Part shown: in pieces, positions 8,900 through 19,948 of the stretch
How positions within the stretch are numbered: position 1 is the first letter of the stretch
Layout of the letters: each line of letters starts with the position of its first letter
NCBI GenBank assembly: GCA_963555825.3
Contig: CAUVXB020000002.1
Span: forward strand, 3,168,001-3,232,000
Direction of reading: 5' to 3'
DNA length: 64,000 nucleotides
From: Alphaproteobacteria bacterium
Lineage (GTDB): Bacteria > Pseudomonadota > Alphaproteobacteria > JAAXGF01
Translations under genes and position numbers: made by a program
Notes under the pieces: generated by a model
Database searches by the model: none
What the model was told of the DNA's origin: nothing
What the model saw: the letters and a program-made list of their open reading frames with translations, nothing else

Positions 8900-10285
8900 A
8901 TGACGACGAACGTGGCCGTGACCGACCGGATTCTCGACGCTCTGCGCCAGCTTTTCGGCGACCGCGTCTCGACGTCGGGCGCGGTGCGCGCGCACCACGG
9001 CAAGGACGTCTCCTATCACGCCGGCCACGACCCCGACGCCGTCGTCTTCCCGCATACCATCGATGAGGTCGTGGAAATCGTCAAGGTCTGCGCGCGTCAC
9101 GGCGTGCCGGTCGTGCCCTACGGCACCGGCACCTCGCTCGAAGGCCATATTGCCGCGCTCCACGGCGGTGTCTGCATCGATCTCGGCCAGATGGACAAAA
9201 TTCTGCGCGTCGACGCCGAGGACATGGACGTCACCGTCGAGGCCGGCGTGACGCGCAAGCAGCTCAACCGGCACCTCCACGATTCAGGTCTGTTCTTCCC
9301 GATCGACCCGGGCGCCGACGCCTCGCTCGGCGGCATGGCGGCGACGCGCGCCTCGGGCACCAACGCGGTGCGCTATGGCACCATGCGCGAGAACGTGCTG
9401 GCGCTGACCGTGGTGCTCGCCGACGGACGCGTCATCCGCACCGCGCGGCGCGCGCGCAAGTCGGCCGCGGGCTACGATCTGACCCGCCTGTTCGTCGGCT
9501 CGGAAGGCACGCTCGGCGTGATCACCGAGGTGACGCTCCGGCTCTACGGCGTCCCCGAGGCGGTCTCGGTGGCGGTGTCGGCCTTCCCGACCATCGACGA
9601 CGCGGTCAACACGGTCATCCTGACGATCCAGTCAGGCGTGCCGGTGGCGCGCATCGAGCTGTTGGACGAGTTGACGGTCGAGGCGGTCAACGCTTATTCG
9701 GGGCTCGACAACGCGGTGGCGCCGACGCTGTTCTTCGAGTTCCACGGCACCGAGGCCGGTGTCGCCGAGCCGGCCGAGACGGTGCAGGCGATCGCCGCCG
9801 ATTTCGGCGCCGGCGACTTCCGCTGGACGACCAAGACCGAGGAGCGCAACAAGCTGTGGCAGGCGCGCCACGACGCCTATTTCGCGACGCTTGCGCTGGC
9901 GCCCGGCAAACAGGGCATCGCCACCGACGTCTGCGTGCCGATTTCACGTCTCGCCGAATGCATCGCCGAGACGCGCAAGGACCTCGAGGCGTCGTCGGTC
10001 GTCGCGCCACTGGTCGGCCACGTCGGCGATGGCAACTTCCACCTGATCTATCTGATCGATCCCGACGACGCCGTCGAGGTCGCCGAGGCCAAACGGCTCA
10101 ACGAACGCATGGTCATGCGCGCGCTCGCCATGGACGGCACCTGTACCGGCGAACACGGCATCGGCTACGGCAAGCTCGACTTCCTGCTGGCCGAGCACGG
10201 CGAGGCGGTCAGCGTCATGCGGCTGCTCAAGCAGGCGCTCGACCCCGACAACATCATGAATCCCGGAAAAGTCATCCGCGTCTGA
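8900..10285 (+). CDS. FAD-linked oxidase, D-lactate dehydrogenase (cytochrome) type
   Basis: PYGTGTSLEGH, FFPIDPGADASLGGM, GHVGDGNFH, TGEHGIGYGK and DPDNIMNPGK. Confidence 0.92.
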   Translation: MTTNVAVTDRILDALRQLFGDRVSTSGAVRAHHGKDVSYHAGHDPDAVVFPHTIDEVVEIVKVCARHGVPVVPYGTGTSLEGHIAALHGGVCIDLGQMDKILRVDAEDMDVTVEAGVTRKQLNRHLHDSGLFFPIDPGADASLGGMAATRASGTNAVRYGTMRENVLALTVVLADGRVIRTARRARKSAAGYDLTRLFVGSEGTLGVITEVTLRLYGVPEAVSVAVSAFPTIDDAVNTVILTIQSGVPVARIELLDELTVEAVNAYSGLDNAVAPTLFFEFHGTEAGVAEPAETVQAIAADFGAGDFRWTTKTEERNKLWQARHDAYFATLALAPGKQGIATDVCVPISRLAECIAETRKDLEASSVVAPLVGHVGDGNFHLIYLIDPDDAVEVAEAKRLNERMVMRALAMDGTCTGEHGIGYGKLDFLLAEHGEAVSVMRLLKQALDPDNIMNPGKVIRV

Positions 10286-10316
10286 CGTCGCGCGGCGCGG
10301 CCTGTCGCCCGCCATA

Positions 10317-10577
10317 TACCAAGGACCAGTGATAAAGACCCATAGAGACGGCTTGCCGTGGTTCTCGGCTAGGCGCGCCCGCCGCGGCGATGCAGCGCAT
10401 CGCAAGGTGGGGGCAACGACGTCCGAGAGCCTCGGCAAGCCGCCCTTCGGGTCGCGTCCGCTTATCGCCGGAGGGCGTCAGGAAGCCTAGCCGATGCGCT
10501 GCATCGCCCGCGGCTCCCTTCCTACCCGGCGAAAAGCGGACACGATCTCTATGGGCCTTTATCACTGGTCCTTGGTA
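10317..10577. mobile_element. MITE-A: 261-bp non-coding TA-flanked miniature inverted-repeat element
   Basis: 32-bp TIRs TACCAAGGACCAGTGATAAAG(A/G)CCCATAGAGA (1 mismatch), two internal long hairpins and a central CCCTTCGGG. It lies between convergent genes. Confidence 0.88.
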
Positions 10578-10582
10578 TCATC

Positions 10583-11962
10583 TCAGACTTGGAAACCGGC
10601 CGGGCGCGGCGCGCCTCGCGCCAGCTCGGCGACGACGGCGAGTCCCCGGGCCAGCGCGTCGTCGTCCTCGGCGGCGCCGAGGCACAACCGGACCGCGGCG
10701 GGGCCGGCGCCCGGCCGTACCGCGAAGTCCTCGGCCGGCGTGACGACGACGCCGTGGGCGGCTGCCGCGGCCGCGAAGTCTCGCCCGGTCCACGGCGCCG
10801 CCAACGACAGCCACAGATGCGGGTTGTCGGCATCGTGCTCCAGGCGCAGCCCGTCAAGCCGATCGCGCGCCAGCGCGTGCAGGCGGTGCGATGCGAGGCG
10901 CCGCCGGTCGGCGATCTCGTCGGCCGTGCCGTCGTCGATCCAGCGGCAGGCGAGCTCGACGACCAACGGCGATACCATCCACGAGATCGTTTGGCTGGTG
11001 GCGACGAGGTCGGCGACCAGCGCGGCCGGGGCGATCATGAAGCCGACCCGCAGGCCCGGCGCCACGGTCTTCGACAGGCTGGTGATGTGGATCGTCTGGT
11101 CGGGCAGCACGGCGCCGAACGGCTCGAAGTTCGACGTCGCGCCGCGCGCGTAGACATCGCCCTCGATAATCAGCACGCGCCGCCGCGCGGCGACCTCGGC
11201 GATGCGGCGCCGGCGCTCGGCCGCCAAGGTGCGTGTCGTCGGGTTATGCGCATGCGGCATGCAGAACAGCAGCCGCGAGCCAGAGGCTTCGCACGCCGCC
11301 TCGAAGGCGTCCGGGTCGAGGCCCTCGTCGTCGATCTCGACGGGCAGCAGCGTGAAGCCGAACAGCCGCGCGAAATTCTTGAGCCCGGGATAGGTCAGCG
11401 ACTCGACCATCACCGCGTCGCCCGGCCGTGTCAGCGTGCCGATCGCCACCGAGAGCGCCTGCTGCGCGCCGGTGGTGACGATGATGCGCTCGGCGTCGGC
11501 GGCGACGCCGCGCCGGCCGGCCCATCGCGCGAAGACCTCGCGGTGATGCGCGCGGCCCTGGGCCGGGCCGTAGTCGAGCAGGCTGTGCGCGTCGGCCTCG
11601 CGTTGGATGTCGGCGAGCACCCGGCGCAACGCGCCGGCGAGCTCGACCGGGGGCGGCCGGTTGAAGCTGAGGTCGACCTCGGAGTCGCCGGCCGCTACCG
11701 CCGTGGGCACGGCAAACGAGCGCGGCGCTTCGGCGACAAAGCTGCCGCGCCCGACATGCATGACGACCGAACCGCGCCGCTCGGCCAGGCGATAGCCACG
11801 GTTGACCGTACCCACGGTGATACCCAGCGTCTGGGCGAGGTCGCGCATCGTCGGCAGCCGCGCGCCGGGCGCCAGACGGTCGGCGCGTCGGTCGGCGTCG
11901 ATGGCGTCGGCGATTTGGCGGTAGACCGGCCCCGCGCCGTTCGCGATGGTGGGATGCCACAT
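10583..11962 (-). CDS. MocR/GabR-family (GntR wHTH + PLP aminotransferase-like) transcriptional regulator
   Basis: N-terminal YRQIADAI...LAPGARLPTMRDLAQTLGIT.GTV.RGY, then TTGAQQAL, PHAHNPT and SLSKTVAPGLRVG. Confidence 0.93.
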   Translation of the reverse strand: MWHPTIANGAGPVYRQIADAIDADRRADRLAPGARLPTMRDLAQTLGITVGTVNRGYRLAERRGSVVMHVGRGSFVAEAPRSFAVPTAVAAGDSEVDLSFNRPPPVELAGALRRVLADIQREADAHSLLDYGPAQGRAHHREVFARWAGRRGVAADAERIIVTTGAQQALSVAIGTLTRPGDAVMVESLTYPGLKNFARLFGFTLLPVEIDDEGLDPDAFEAACEASGSRLLFCMPHAHNPTTRTLAAERRRRIAEVAARRRVLIIEGDVYARGATSNFEPFGAVLPDQTIHITSLSKTVAPGLRVGFMIAPAALVADLVATSQTISWMVSPLVVELACRWIDDGTADEIADRRRLASHRLHALARDRLDGLRLEHDADNPHLWLSLAAPWTGRDFAAAAAAHGVVVTPAEDFAVRPGAGPAAVRLCLGAAEDDDALARGLAVVAELARGAPRPAGFQV

Positions 11963-12044
11963 TGTTACGAGAATAATATAGTGATTGACATGATCGTCGC
12001 GCCTTCAGCACAATGATTGTTACACAGTATAGACGAATTGTTAC
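11961..12044. promoter_or_regulatory. Three ATTGTTAC direct repeats, candidate MocR operator in divergent promoter
   Basis: Exact copies at 11961, 12016 and 12037 (last two 21 bp apart) in an AT-rich intergenic region. Confidence 0.6.
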
Positions 12045-12106
12045 CGTATCAATAGAATCCGTCGTCTCGTCACTTGAACGCGGCGCGCGGACCGAAGGAC
12101 GGCACC

Positions 12107-12859
12107 ATGACGAAGCTGAGCGTCAACCTCAACAAGGTCGCGTTGCTGCGCAACCAGCGCCACACCGGACGGCCCAGCGTGCTCGACGCGGCGCGCGCGG
12201 TGATCCGCGGCGGTGCCCACGGCATCACGGTCCACCCGCGTCCCGACGAGCGCCACATCCGCCGGACCGATGTCACCGAGCTGGCCGCGCTGCTGGCTAC
12301 CGAGTACGGCGGCGCGATCGAGTACAACATCGAGGGCAATCCGGTCGCCGAGCTCATCGAGCTGATCCGGCGCGTCCGCCCGACCCAGGCGACGCTGGTT
12401 CCGGACTCGCCCGACGCCGCCACCTCGGACCAGGGCTGGGACATCGCCGGCAACGCGCGGCGGCTCCGCCCGATCATCGCAGAGCTGCACGATCTCGGCA
12501 TTCGGGTCAGCCTGTTCGTCGAAGCCGACGTCGAGGTGGTGCACCAGGCCAAGGAGGTCGGCGCGGACCGGATCGAGCTTTACACCGGGCCCTATGCCGA
12601 CGCCTTCGGAACGCCCGAGGGCGAGGCGGTGTTCGAGCGCTACGTCTGTGCCGGCCGCGCGGCCCTCGACCTCGGCGTCGGGCTCAACGCCGGGCACGAT
12701 CTCGATCTCAACAACCTGCCCAAGCTGCAACAGGCGATGCCGTGGCTCGCCGAAATCTCGATCGGCCACGCCTTCACCGCCGACGCCTTGGCCTACGGGT
12801 TCGAAACGGCGGTTGGTTTGTATATCAAGGCACTCCACCACGGCTCGATCGCGGCGTAG
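12107..12859 (+). CDS. pdxJ: Pyridoxine 5'-phosphate synthase
   Basis: LSVNLNKVALLRN, GITVHPRPDERHIR, RIELYTGPYA, NAGHDL and EISIGHA. Confidence 0.95.
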   Translation: MTKLSVNLNKVALLRNQRHTGRPSVLDAARAVIRGGAHGITVHPRPDERHIRRTDVTELAALLATEYGGAIEYNIEGNPVAELIELIRRVRPTQATLVPDSPDAATSDQGWDIAGNARRLRPIIAELHDLGIRVSLFVEADVEVVHQAKEVGADRIELYTGPYADAFGTPEGEAVFERYVCAGRAALDLGVGLNAGHDLDLNNLPKLQQAMPWLAEISIGHAFTADALAYGFETAVGLYIKALHHGSIAA

Positions 12860-12947
12860 CTAGCGCCTCGTCAGCGCCCATCGGTCAGACAAAATACGCG
12901 GCGTTACCGCGCCGCGCTTCCGTTCTCAGTCGCGAGGGATCGAACGC

Positions 12948-13148
12948 TCAACCGGTCGAGTCGTCACCGGGACCGTGATCGATGCGCTTGCCGTCGTGGT
13001 CGTTTTGGGCGCGGTCGCTCTCCTGCAGCGTGATGTCGCGGTCGACCTTCTTGCGGCCGAATTTGGCGCGTTTCGCGGCGGCTTTCTTGTTCGCGAGCGC
13101 GCGTTCGCGCTGCTTGCGATAGTGGCCGAGATTGACTACATCTCCCAT
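12948..13148 (-). CDS. DUF4169-family small basic protein
   Basis: MGDVVNL...RKQR...AAAKRAKFGRKK pattern. Confidence 0.8.
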   Translation of the reverse strand: MGDVVNLGHYRKQRERALANKKAAAKRAKFGRKKVDRDITLQESDRAQNDHDGKRIDHGPGDDSTG

Positions 13149-13293
13149 GTTCAGGCCCTGTCCGACATCGCCACAACCACCGACTTGTTGATGGCTCCTT
13201 GCCCGACGGTTAGCTTAACGCATATGGACGGACGCGCAACCGCCCATGTCACGCCGCGCACGGTATTTTGGCGAAATTGACGGACGACTTGTC

Positions 13294-16200
13294 GTGAAAA
13301 AGGCCGCTCTCGCCGTCTTCGGGATTTTCGGGCTCGCCGTCGTGGCGCTGGTCGTCGTCCCCTATCTCATTGATCTCAATAACTACAAACGCGAAATCGC
13401 CGCCGAGGTGATGGCGCTGACCGGTCGTGCGTTGCGTATCGATGGCGCGATCGACCTCGCGATACTTCCGACGCCCACGATCACGGTCAGGGAATTGAGA
13501 CTCGCCAACGTGCCGGGCGGCGTGGCGCCTGACATGCTGCGCGTCAAGGCGGCCCAGGTACGCGTCTCGTTGTGGCCGCTGCTGAGCCGGGAAATCAGGA
13601 TCAAGCGTCTCGTCCTCTTAGAACCGAAACTCGAGCTGGAGCGTCTCGCCGACGGACGGCTGAACTGGGATTTGGCGATCGACACCGCGGTCCGCGATGG
13701 CGTCACAGTGAGCCTCGACAAGATCGTCGTCCAGGGCGCCCAGATCGCCTATCGCGATGGTGCCGATACGCTGGTCGAGCGGTTCGACGACATCAATCTC
13801 ATTGCCTTCGCCGAGGCGCCGGGTGGGCCGTATCGCCTCGAAGGCAAATTGGTCGCGCGCGGCCTGCCGATCGACGTCGCGGCGACGTTCGGCGGGTTCG
13901 CGCGCAGTCCGATTCCGGTGACGGTCGACCTGGCGACCAGCGCCGGGGGGGCGAAGCTCGCCTTCACCGGTTCGCTCGGTCTGGTCACCGCCTATAGCGA
14001 TCTTCGCGGCCGGCTCAAGGTCGAGGTGGACACGCTGGCCCCCGTTATCGCAGCGTTGGCGCCCGAACTCGCGGCCCATCCGGATGCACCGTTGTTCCTG
14101 AACCGTCGCTTCACGCTGGGTGGCACGCTGGAGGCGAGCGCCAGCGACGCGGCGCTCAACGACATCGCTTTCGAGCTTGGCGGCGTGCGTGGCGGCGGCG
14201 CGGTCAATCTGGGTTTCGGCGACGTGCCGCGGATCGACGTCGCGCTCGACTTCAACCGGATCGACGTCGACCGCTTCCTCGCCGACGCGCCGGCCGACGG
14301 GGGCGGCGCGGCGACCGGCATCGCCTCGCTCGCCGCGCTAGCGCTGCCCGCCGACCTCGAGGCGACGCTCGATTTGCGCATCAACGGGCTGGTCTACAAC
14401 GGCTCGGTGGTACGCCAGGCGCAGTTTGTCGCGGCGCTCGAGGACGCCGCGCTGGTAGTTCAGCAGGCGTCCGCGCTGCTTCCGGGCGGCTCCGATTTCA
14501 CGCTGTTCGGCGTGCTCGAAACGGTCGACGGCGCGCCGCGCTTCGATGGCCAGGTCGAAGCATCGGCCGACAATCTGCGTGCCGCGCTCGACTGGCTCGG
14601 CTACCCGACCGATGCCGTACCGGCCGATCGTCTGCGGAAACTCAGCTTCTCGGCCAAGCTGGCGGTCACGCCCAAGCTGGCGCAGTTTTCGGCGATCGAT
14701 CTGCGCATCGATCTGTCGCGGATCAGCGGCGGCGTGAATTTTGGGCTCGGGCGGCGCCCGTCGTTCAACGCCGCCGTGATGATCGATCGAATCAATCTCG
14801 AGGCCTATATGCCGGTCCCCGGCGCCGCGTCATCGGCCGATGGCGCGGCCGGGCCGCTCGAGCCGTTGATGCCGTATGCCGGCGAGTTGAAGGCGCACAT
14901 CGGCAAGCTGGTCTATGGCTCGCTGCCGATGTCGGGGCTCGAGATCGACGCCGGCATGCGCGGCGGCACGCTGACCCTGCGCAGCCTGACGGTCGCCGAT
15001 CTCGCGGGCGTCAGCGGCGTCATCAGCGGCGTCCTCGAAGACGCCGGGCGCAGCTTCGACCTGACCTACAACGCCGAGACGCGCGACGCCGCGCCCTTGT
15101 TGCGCGCACTCGACGTCATGCCCGCTGCGGTGCCGCGCGCGCTCGGGACGGTCATCCTGCGCGGCCGCGTCGAAGGCTCCGCCACGGCGCTGACGCTCGA
15201 CACCAGCGTCGGCCTCGAGGGCGGCGAGGTCAGCTTCGCCGGCACCGTGTCGGGGATCGGCGACGCGCCGGTCGTCGACGCCAGGGTCGGCGTGACGGGC
15301 GACAGCCTCGCGGCGCTCGCCAAACGCTTCGGCTTCGATCTCGCGCCGGGCCGCGCCGGGCCGGTAACGCTCGACGCGCTGGTCAAGGGCGGTCTCGACG
15401 CGCTCGAGATAACGCTCGAGGTCGCTGCCTACGGCGCGACCGGCCACGCCGAGGGCACGATCGGCGGCCTCGCGGAAGCGCCTGCCTACGATCTCGCCGT
15501 GACGCTTGCGCATCCCAGCCTCATGGGATTGATCGCCGCCATCGATGGAACCGACGCGTCCGCCGATGCGGCGCCGCACGCGGTGCAACTGGCCGCCCGC
15601 GTGACCGGCGACAGCGTTGGCGCCCGCGCCACTGAGTTCGACGCCACGATCGGACCCAACCGCTTTACCGGCGCCGTCACGGCGCGCTGGGACGGCCCCC
15701 GCCCGTACCTCGACGCCACGCTCACGGCTGGCGAGGTCGCCGTCGGGCCGCTGTTCGGTGCGTCGAGCGACACCCCGCCGGCCGATGACGACAAGCACTG
15801 GTCGCGCCGGCCAATCGCGCTCGCCGGGCTCGATCTCGTCGACGGCCGGGCCAGCCTCGCCGCCCAGGCCATGGTGCTCGGGCCACTGCGCATCGACGGC
15901 GCGAAGGCCCAGATGACGCTCACCGACGGCGTGCTCGAGGTCGAGGAATTGACCGGCCGGTTGTACGGCGGTCCGGCGCACATCCAGGCGGCGATCGCCA
16001 ACGCCGAACCGCCGAGCGTCGATGTGACCTTTGCTCTCGACGACGCCGATCTGGCGTCACTCGCACGGGATCTCGCCGGGACCGACGCGCTGAGCGGGCG
16101 GGTCGACATCGCGGGCGCCTTCCTGGCCAAGGGGCGTGACGCGTTCGAACTGGTCTCGAGGCTCGCCGGCGAGGCGACGCTGTCGGGCCAGGGCGGCGCG

Positions 16201-16947
16201 TTCGCGGGCATCGACCTCGGACGTCTCGACGCCGGACTCGGCGGCGTCGACAGCCCGGCCGCCTTCGCCGCGCTCGCCCGGGCCGTGATGGCGGGCGGCG
16301 CGACCGCGATCGAAAGCCTCGACGGGCGTTTCACCGCCGACCGCGGCGTCATCCGAACCGACGATCTGCGCGCCGTGCTCGATGGCGCCGTGGTCGATGC
16401 CGAGGCGAGCGTCGACCTGCCGCGATGGCGTCTCGAACTCACCGCGTCGGCGGCGCTGGCGAGCCACGCCGACGCGCCGCCGATGGAACTGTCGCTGAGC
16501 GGTCCGATCGATGACCCGAAGGCCGCATGGCGTTCCGACGCCCTAGAGGCGTACATCGCCGAAAAACTGATCAGCGCCGCGCCGTTGCCCGCGCCTGCCG
16601 AGGAACCGGAGGCGGCCGACGCGCCTGCCGAGGAACCGGTCGTGATCGACGCGCCGGTCGAGGAAGTGCCCGCCGAGACCATCGAAGAGGCTGCCGAAAC
16701 GGCTGAGACCCCGGAGGCGCCACTCGATCCACGCGCCGTCGAGGCGATGGAAGCGGCCGCCACCGATGAAGCTGCCGACGAGACCGCGCCGGCGGTGCTC
16801 GAGGTCGCCGCGCCCGCGCCGCCGCCCGACAAGCCTGCGCTCGCTGAACCGTTGCCTGAACCCGCTCCCGAACCGGCGCCCGAGGAAGACCCGGCGCCAT
16901 CGCTCGACAGCTTCCTTCAGGGCATCATCAGCACGACCGAAAACTAG
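13294..16947 (+). CDS. AsmA-family lipid-bridge-like protein with acidic Pro/Glu-rich tail
   Basis: N-terminal membrane anchor, IDLNNYKREIAAEV..LTGR.L.IDG and LLEPKLELERL.DG..NW, followed by a long beta-rich body. Confidence 0.85.
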   Translation: MKKAALAVFGIFGLAVVALVVVPYLIDLNNYKREIAAEVMALTGRALRIDGAIDLAILPTPTITVRELRLANVPGGVAPDMLRVKAAQVRVSLWPLLSREIRIKRLVLLEPKLELERLADGRLNWDLAIDTAVRDGVTVSLDKIVVQGAQIAYRDGADTLVERFDDINLIAFAEAPGGPYRLEGKLVARGLPIDVAATFGGFARSPIPVTVDLATSAGGAKLAFTGSLGLVTAYSDLRGRLKVEVDTLAPVIAALAPELAAHPDAPLFLNRRFTLGGTLEASASDAALNDIAFELGGVRGGGAVNLGFGDVPRIDVALDFNRIDVDRFLADAPADGGGAATGIASLAALALPADLEATLDLRINGLVYNGSVVRQAQFVAALEDAALVVQQASALLPGGSDFTLFGVLETVDGAPRFDGQVEASADNLRAALDWLGYPTDAVPADRLRKLSFSAKLAVTPKLAQFSAIDLRIDLSRISGGVNFGLGRRPSFNAAVMIDRINLEAYMPVPGAASSADGAAGPLEPLMPYAGELKAHIGKLVYGSLPMSGLEIDAGMRGGTLTLRSLTVADLAGVSGVISGVLEDAGRSFDLTYNAETRDAAPLLRALDVMPAAVPRALGTVILRGRVEGSATALTLDTSVGLEGGEVSFAGTVSGIGDAPVVDARVGVTGDSLAALAKRFGFDLAPGRAGPVTLDALVKGGLDALEITLEVAAYGATGHAEGTIGGLAEAPAYDLAVTLAHPSLMGLIAAIDGTDASADAAPHAVQLAARVTGDSVGARATEFDATIGPNRFTGAVTARWDGPRPYLDATLTAGEVAVGPLFGASSDTPPADDDKHWSRRPIALAGLDLVDGRASLAAQAMVLGPLRIDGAKAQMTLTDGVLEVEELTGRLYGGPAHIQAAIANAEPPSVDVTFALDDADLASLARDLAGTDALSGRVDIAGAFLAKGRDAFELVSRLAGEATLSGQGGAFAGIDLGRLDAGLGGVDSPAAFAALARAVMAGGATAIESLDGRFTADRGVIRTDDLRAVLDGAVVDAEASVDLPRWRLELTASAALASHADAPPMELSLSGPIDDPKAAWRSDALEAYIAEKLISAAPLPAPAEEPEAADAPAEEPVVIDAPVEEVPAETIEEAAETAETPEAPLDPRAVEAMEAAATDEAADETAPAVLEVAAPAPPPDKPALAEPLPEPAPEPAPEEDPAPSLDSFLQGIISTTEN

Positions 16948-16953
16948 CGCGCG

Positions 16954-17178
16954 TTAACGCCGGTCGCATCGGCGGCGCATCCAGTCGAGGACGTGGATGC
17001 GGATCGCGCTCGAGAGGTTGCCGGTGCGCGCGTCGTCGATCTCGGCGACGAGTGTGTTGAGCGAGACGCCGCGCTGGGTCGCGATCTCGCGCAGCGGCTG
17101 CCAGAAGGCGTCCTCGAGCGAGACGCTGGTGCGGTGGCCGGCGATCACGACCGAGCGTTTGCGCAACGTCTGAGGCAT
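16954..17178 (-). CDS. Ribbon-helix-helix domain protein (RHH_4)
   Basis: KRSVVIAGHRTSVSLEDAFW...NLSSAIR. Confidence 0.88.
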   Translation of the reverse strand: MPQTLRKRSVVIAGHRTSVSLEDAFWQPLREIATQRGVSLNTLVAEIDDARTGNLSSAIRIHVLDWMRRRCDRR

Positions 17179-17184
17179 GGCGCG

Positions 17185-18579
<1,395 letters not shown>

Positions 18580-18658
18580 CGGCGGCTCTCTCCCGGCTCG
18601 GGTGGCAGGTCACCGGCCATTTAAGCACAGGGCAGGGCAGCGAGTCCCCAGGCGTCGG

Positions 18659-18988
18659 CTACTTCTTCGCCCGCAACGCCGCTTCGTAGGCGCGCCTCGC
18701 CCAATCGGACAGCGCGTCCGGATCGTCGAACATTTCGGCCGGCGCCTCGTAGTACGACAGCGCGATCTCGCGCCCCTCGCGGGTATAGAGGAAGGGGCCC
18801 GCGCCGGCCGCCTCGTAATTGCCGCGGTTCTCGTCGTCAACCTTGAGGTAGAGCGTGTCGGCGGCGATCAGGCCGAACATCAGGGCGTCGCGGAACAGCC
18901 CGACGCCGCCGAACATGCGCCGCGCGCCAACCCCGCCCAGGGGTTCGAGCTGCTCGAGCACGAAGTCGGCGTAGGCGTCTCGCGCCAT
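18659..18988 (-). CDS. TfoX/Sxy N-terminal domain protein
   Basis: RRMFGGVGLF....MFGLI...LYLKVD motif. Confidence 0.88.
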   Translation of the reverse strand: MARDAYADFVLEQLEPLGGVGARRMFGGVGLFRDALMFGLIAADTLYLKVDDENRGNYEAAGAGPFLYTREGREIALSYYEAPAEMFDDPDALSDWARRAYEAALRAKK

Positions 18989-18997
18989 ATTGACTGG

Positions 18998-19480
18998 CTA
19001 TTTCTTGCGGAAGGAATCGAGCGCGACGACGTCGGCGGTCAACTGGCTTGCCGGCGTGTCGGCGGTGTCGTCGTCCGCCGGCGGCTCGGCGGGATCGATG
19101 CGCGCGCCGGCCTCTCCGGCATTGGCGCCGCCCTGGAACTGCAGGCCGAACTTGACGCTCGGGTCGGCGAAGGCGGTGACCGCGTCGTAGGGCACGGTCA
19201 ACTTCTGGCGCATTTGGTTGAAGCTGAGCGCCACCGAGAACGCCCGATCGCCGACCTCGAGGTCCCAGTACTGGTGCTGCAGCACGATGGTCATTTCCTC
19301 GGGGTGGGTCGCCTTGAGTTGGTCGCCGATGTCGACGCCCGGGTCGTCGGTGCGAAACGAGATATAGAAGTGGTGGTCACCCGGCAAACCTTGCTCGGCG
19401 GCTTGCCTGAGCGCGGCGACCATGGCGCCGCGTAGCGCGTCCTCGACGAGCTTGTCGTAGCCCATCAGATCCTTGCTCAT
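18998..19480 (-). CDS. sspB: ClpXP specificity factor SspB (alphaproteobacterial type)
   Basis: GLPGDHHFYISF, PEEMTIVLQHQY, FADPSVKFGLQF and C-terminal VVALDSFRKK. Adjacent to ssrA. Confidence 0.93.
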   Translation of the reverse strand: MSKDLMGYDKLVEDALRGAMVAALRQAAEQGLPGDHHFYISFRTDDPGVDIGDQLKATHPEEMTIVLQHQYWDLEVGDRAFSVALSFNQMRQKLTVPYDAVTAFADPSVKFGLQFQGGANAGEAGARIDPAEPPADDDTADTPASQLTADVVALDSFRKK

Positions 19481-19526
19481 CGTCTCCGCGGCCTCCCAGA
19501 CCGGTCCGCGCCCCCGCCGCACGGAC

Positions 19527-19830
19527 AAAAAAAGTGGGGGGCTTCTGTTGCCCGGTGCCCCCCGGACCGCGCTTGCCTAGATTAACTAGGCAGCGAGAGC
19601 CAACTTGTCGTTGTCATTGGCATCTGTAGTTTTCGACCCGATAACGGTGGTATCATGCCGGGCGAAAGCATACCCCTTTACTACGCGCGTCGATCCTGTT
19701 TCGCCCCCATGGTGTGCCGCGGAGCGCGCAAGCCCCGCGGCGAAACTGGTGGAGGCGCCGGGTACTGCCCCCGGGTCCGCTACGCTTATTCCGAGCCGCG
19801 TTTATCGCCATAGTCGACCGAAGTCGACAT
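19527..19830 (-). ncRNA. ssrA: Two-piece (circularly permuted) tmRNA
   Basis: The acceptor piece ends ...GGCGCCTCCACCA at 19747. An intervening hairpin spans 19709-19746. The coding piece starts GGGGGCGAAACAGGATCGAC at 19708, with tag ANDNDKLALAA* at 19621-19586 and a U-tract at 19533-19527. Outer boundaries are approximate. Confidence 0.93.
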
Positions 19831-19948
19831 GACCAATATAGGCGCTGGCGGCCGATTTGAAAAGATGCCCCCAGCGGCCGAGGGATATGGCGTTGGATCG
19901 AGCGACCGGCTAATCTGCCGTCGCTAGTCTAGTAACTTCGAGTCCCGG

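Noticed and set aside
16591-16639. GCGCCTGCCGAGGAACCGG direct repeat in the AsmA tail
   Set aside because: It is an in-frame APAEEP repeat in a low-complexity linker.
19709-19790. tRNA gene or integrated island at ssrA
   Set aside because: The tRNA-like part belongs to tmRNA. No integrase or duplicated 3' end was seen, and synteny with sspB is intact.
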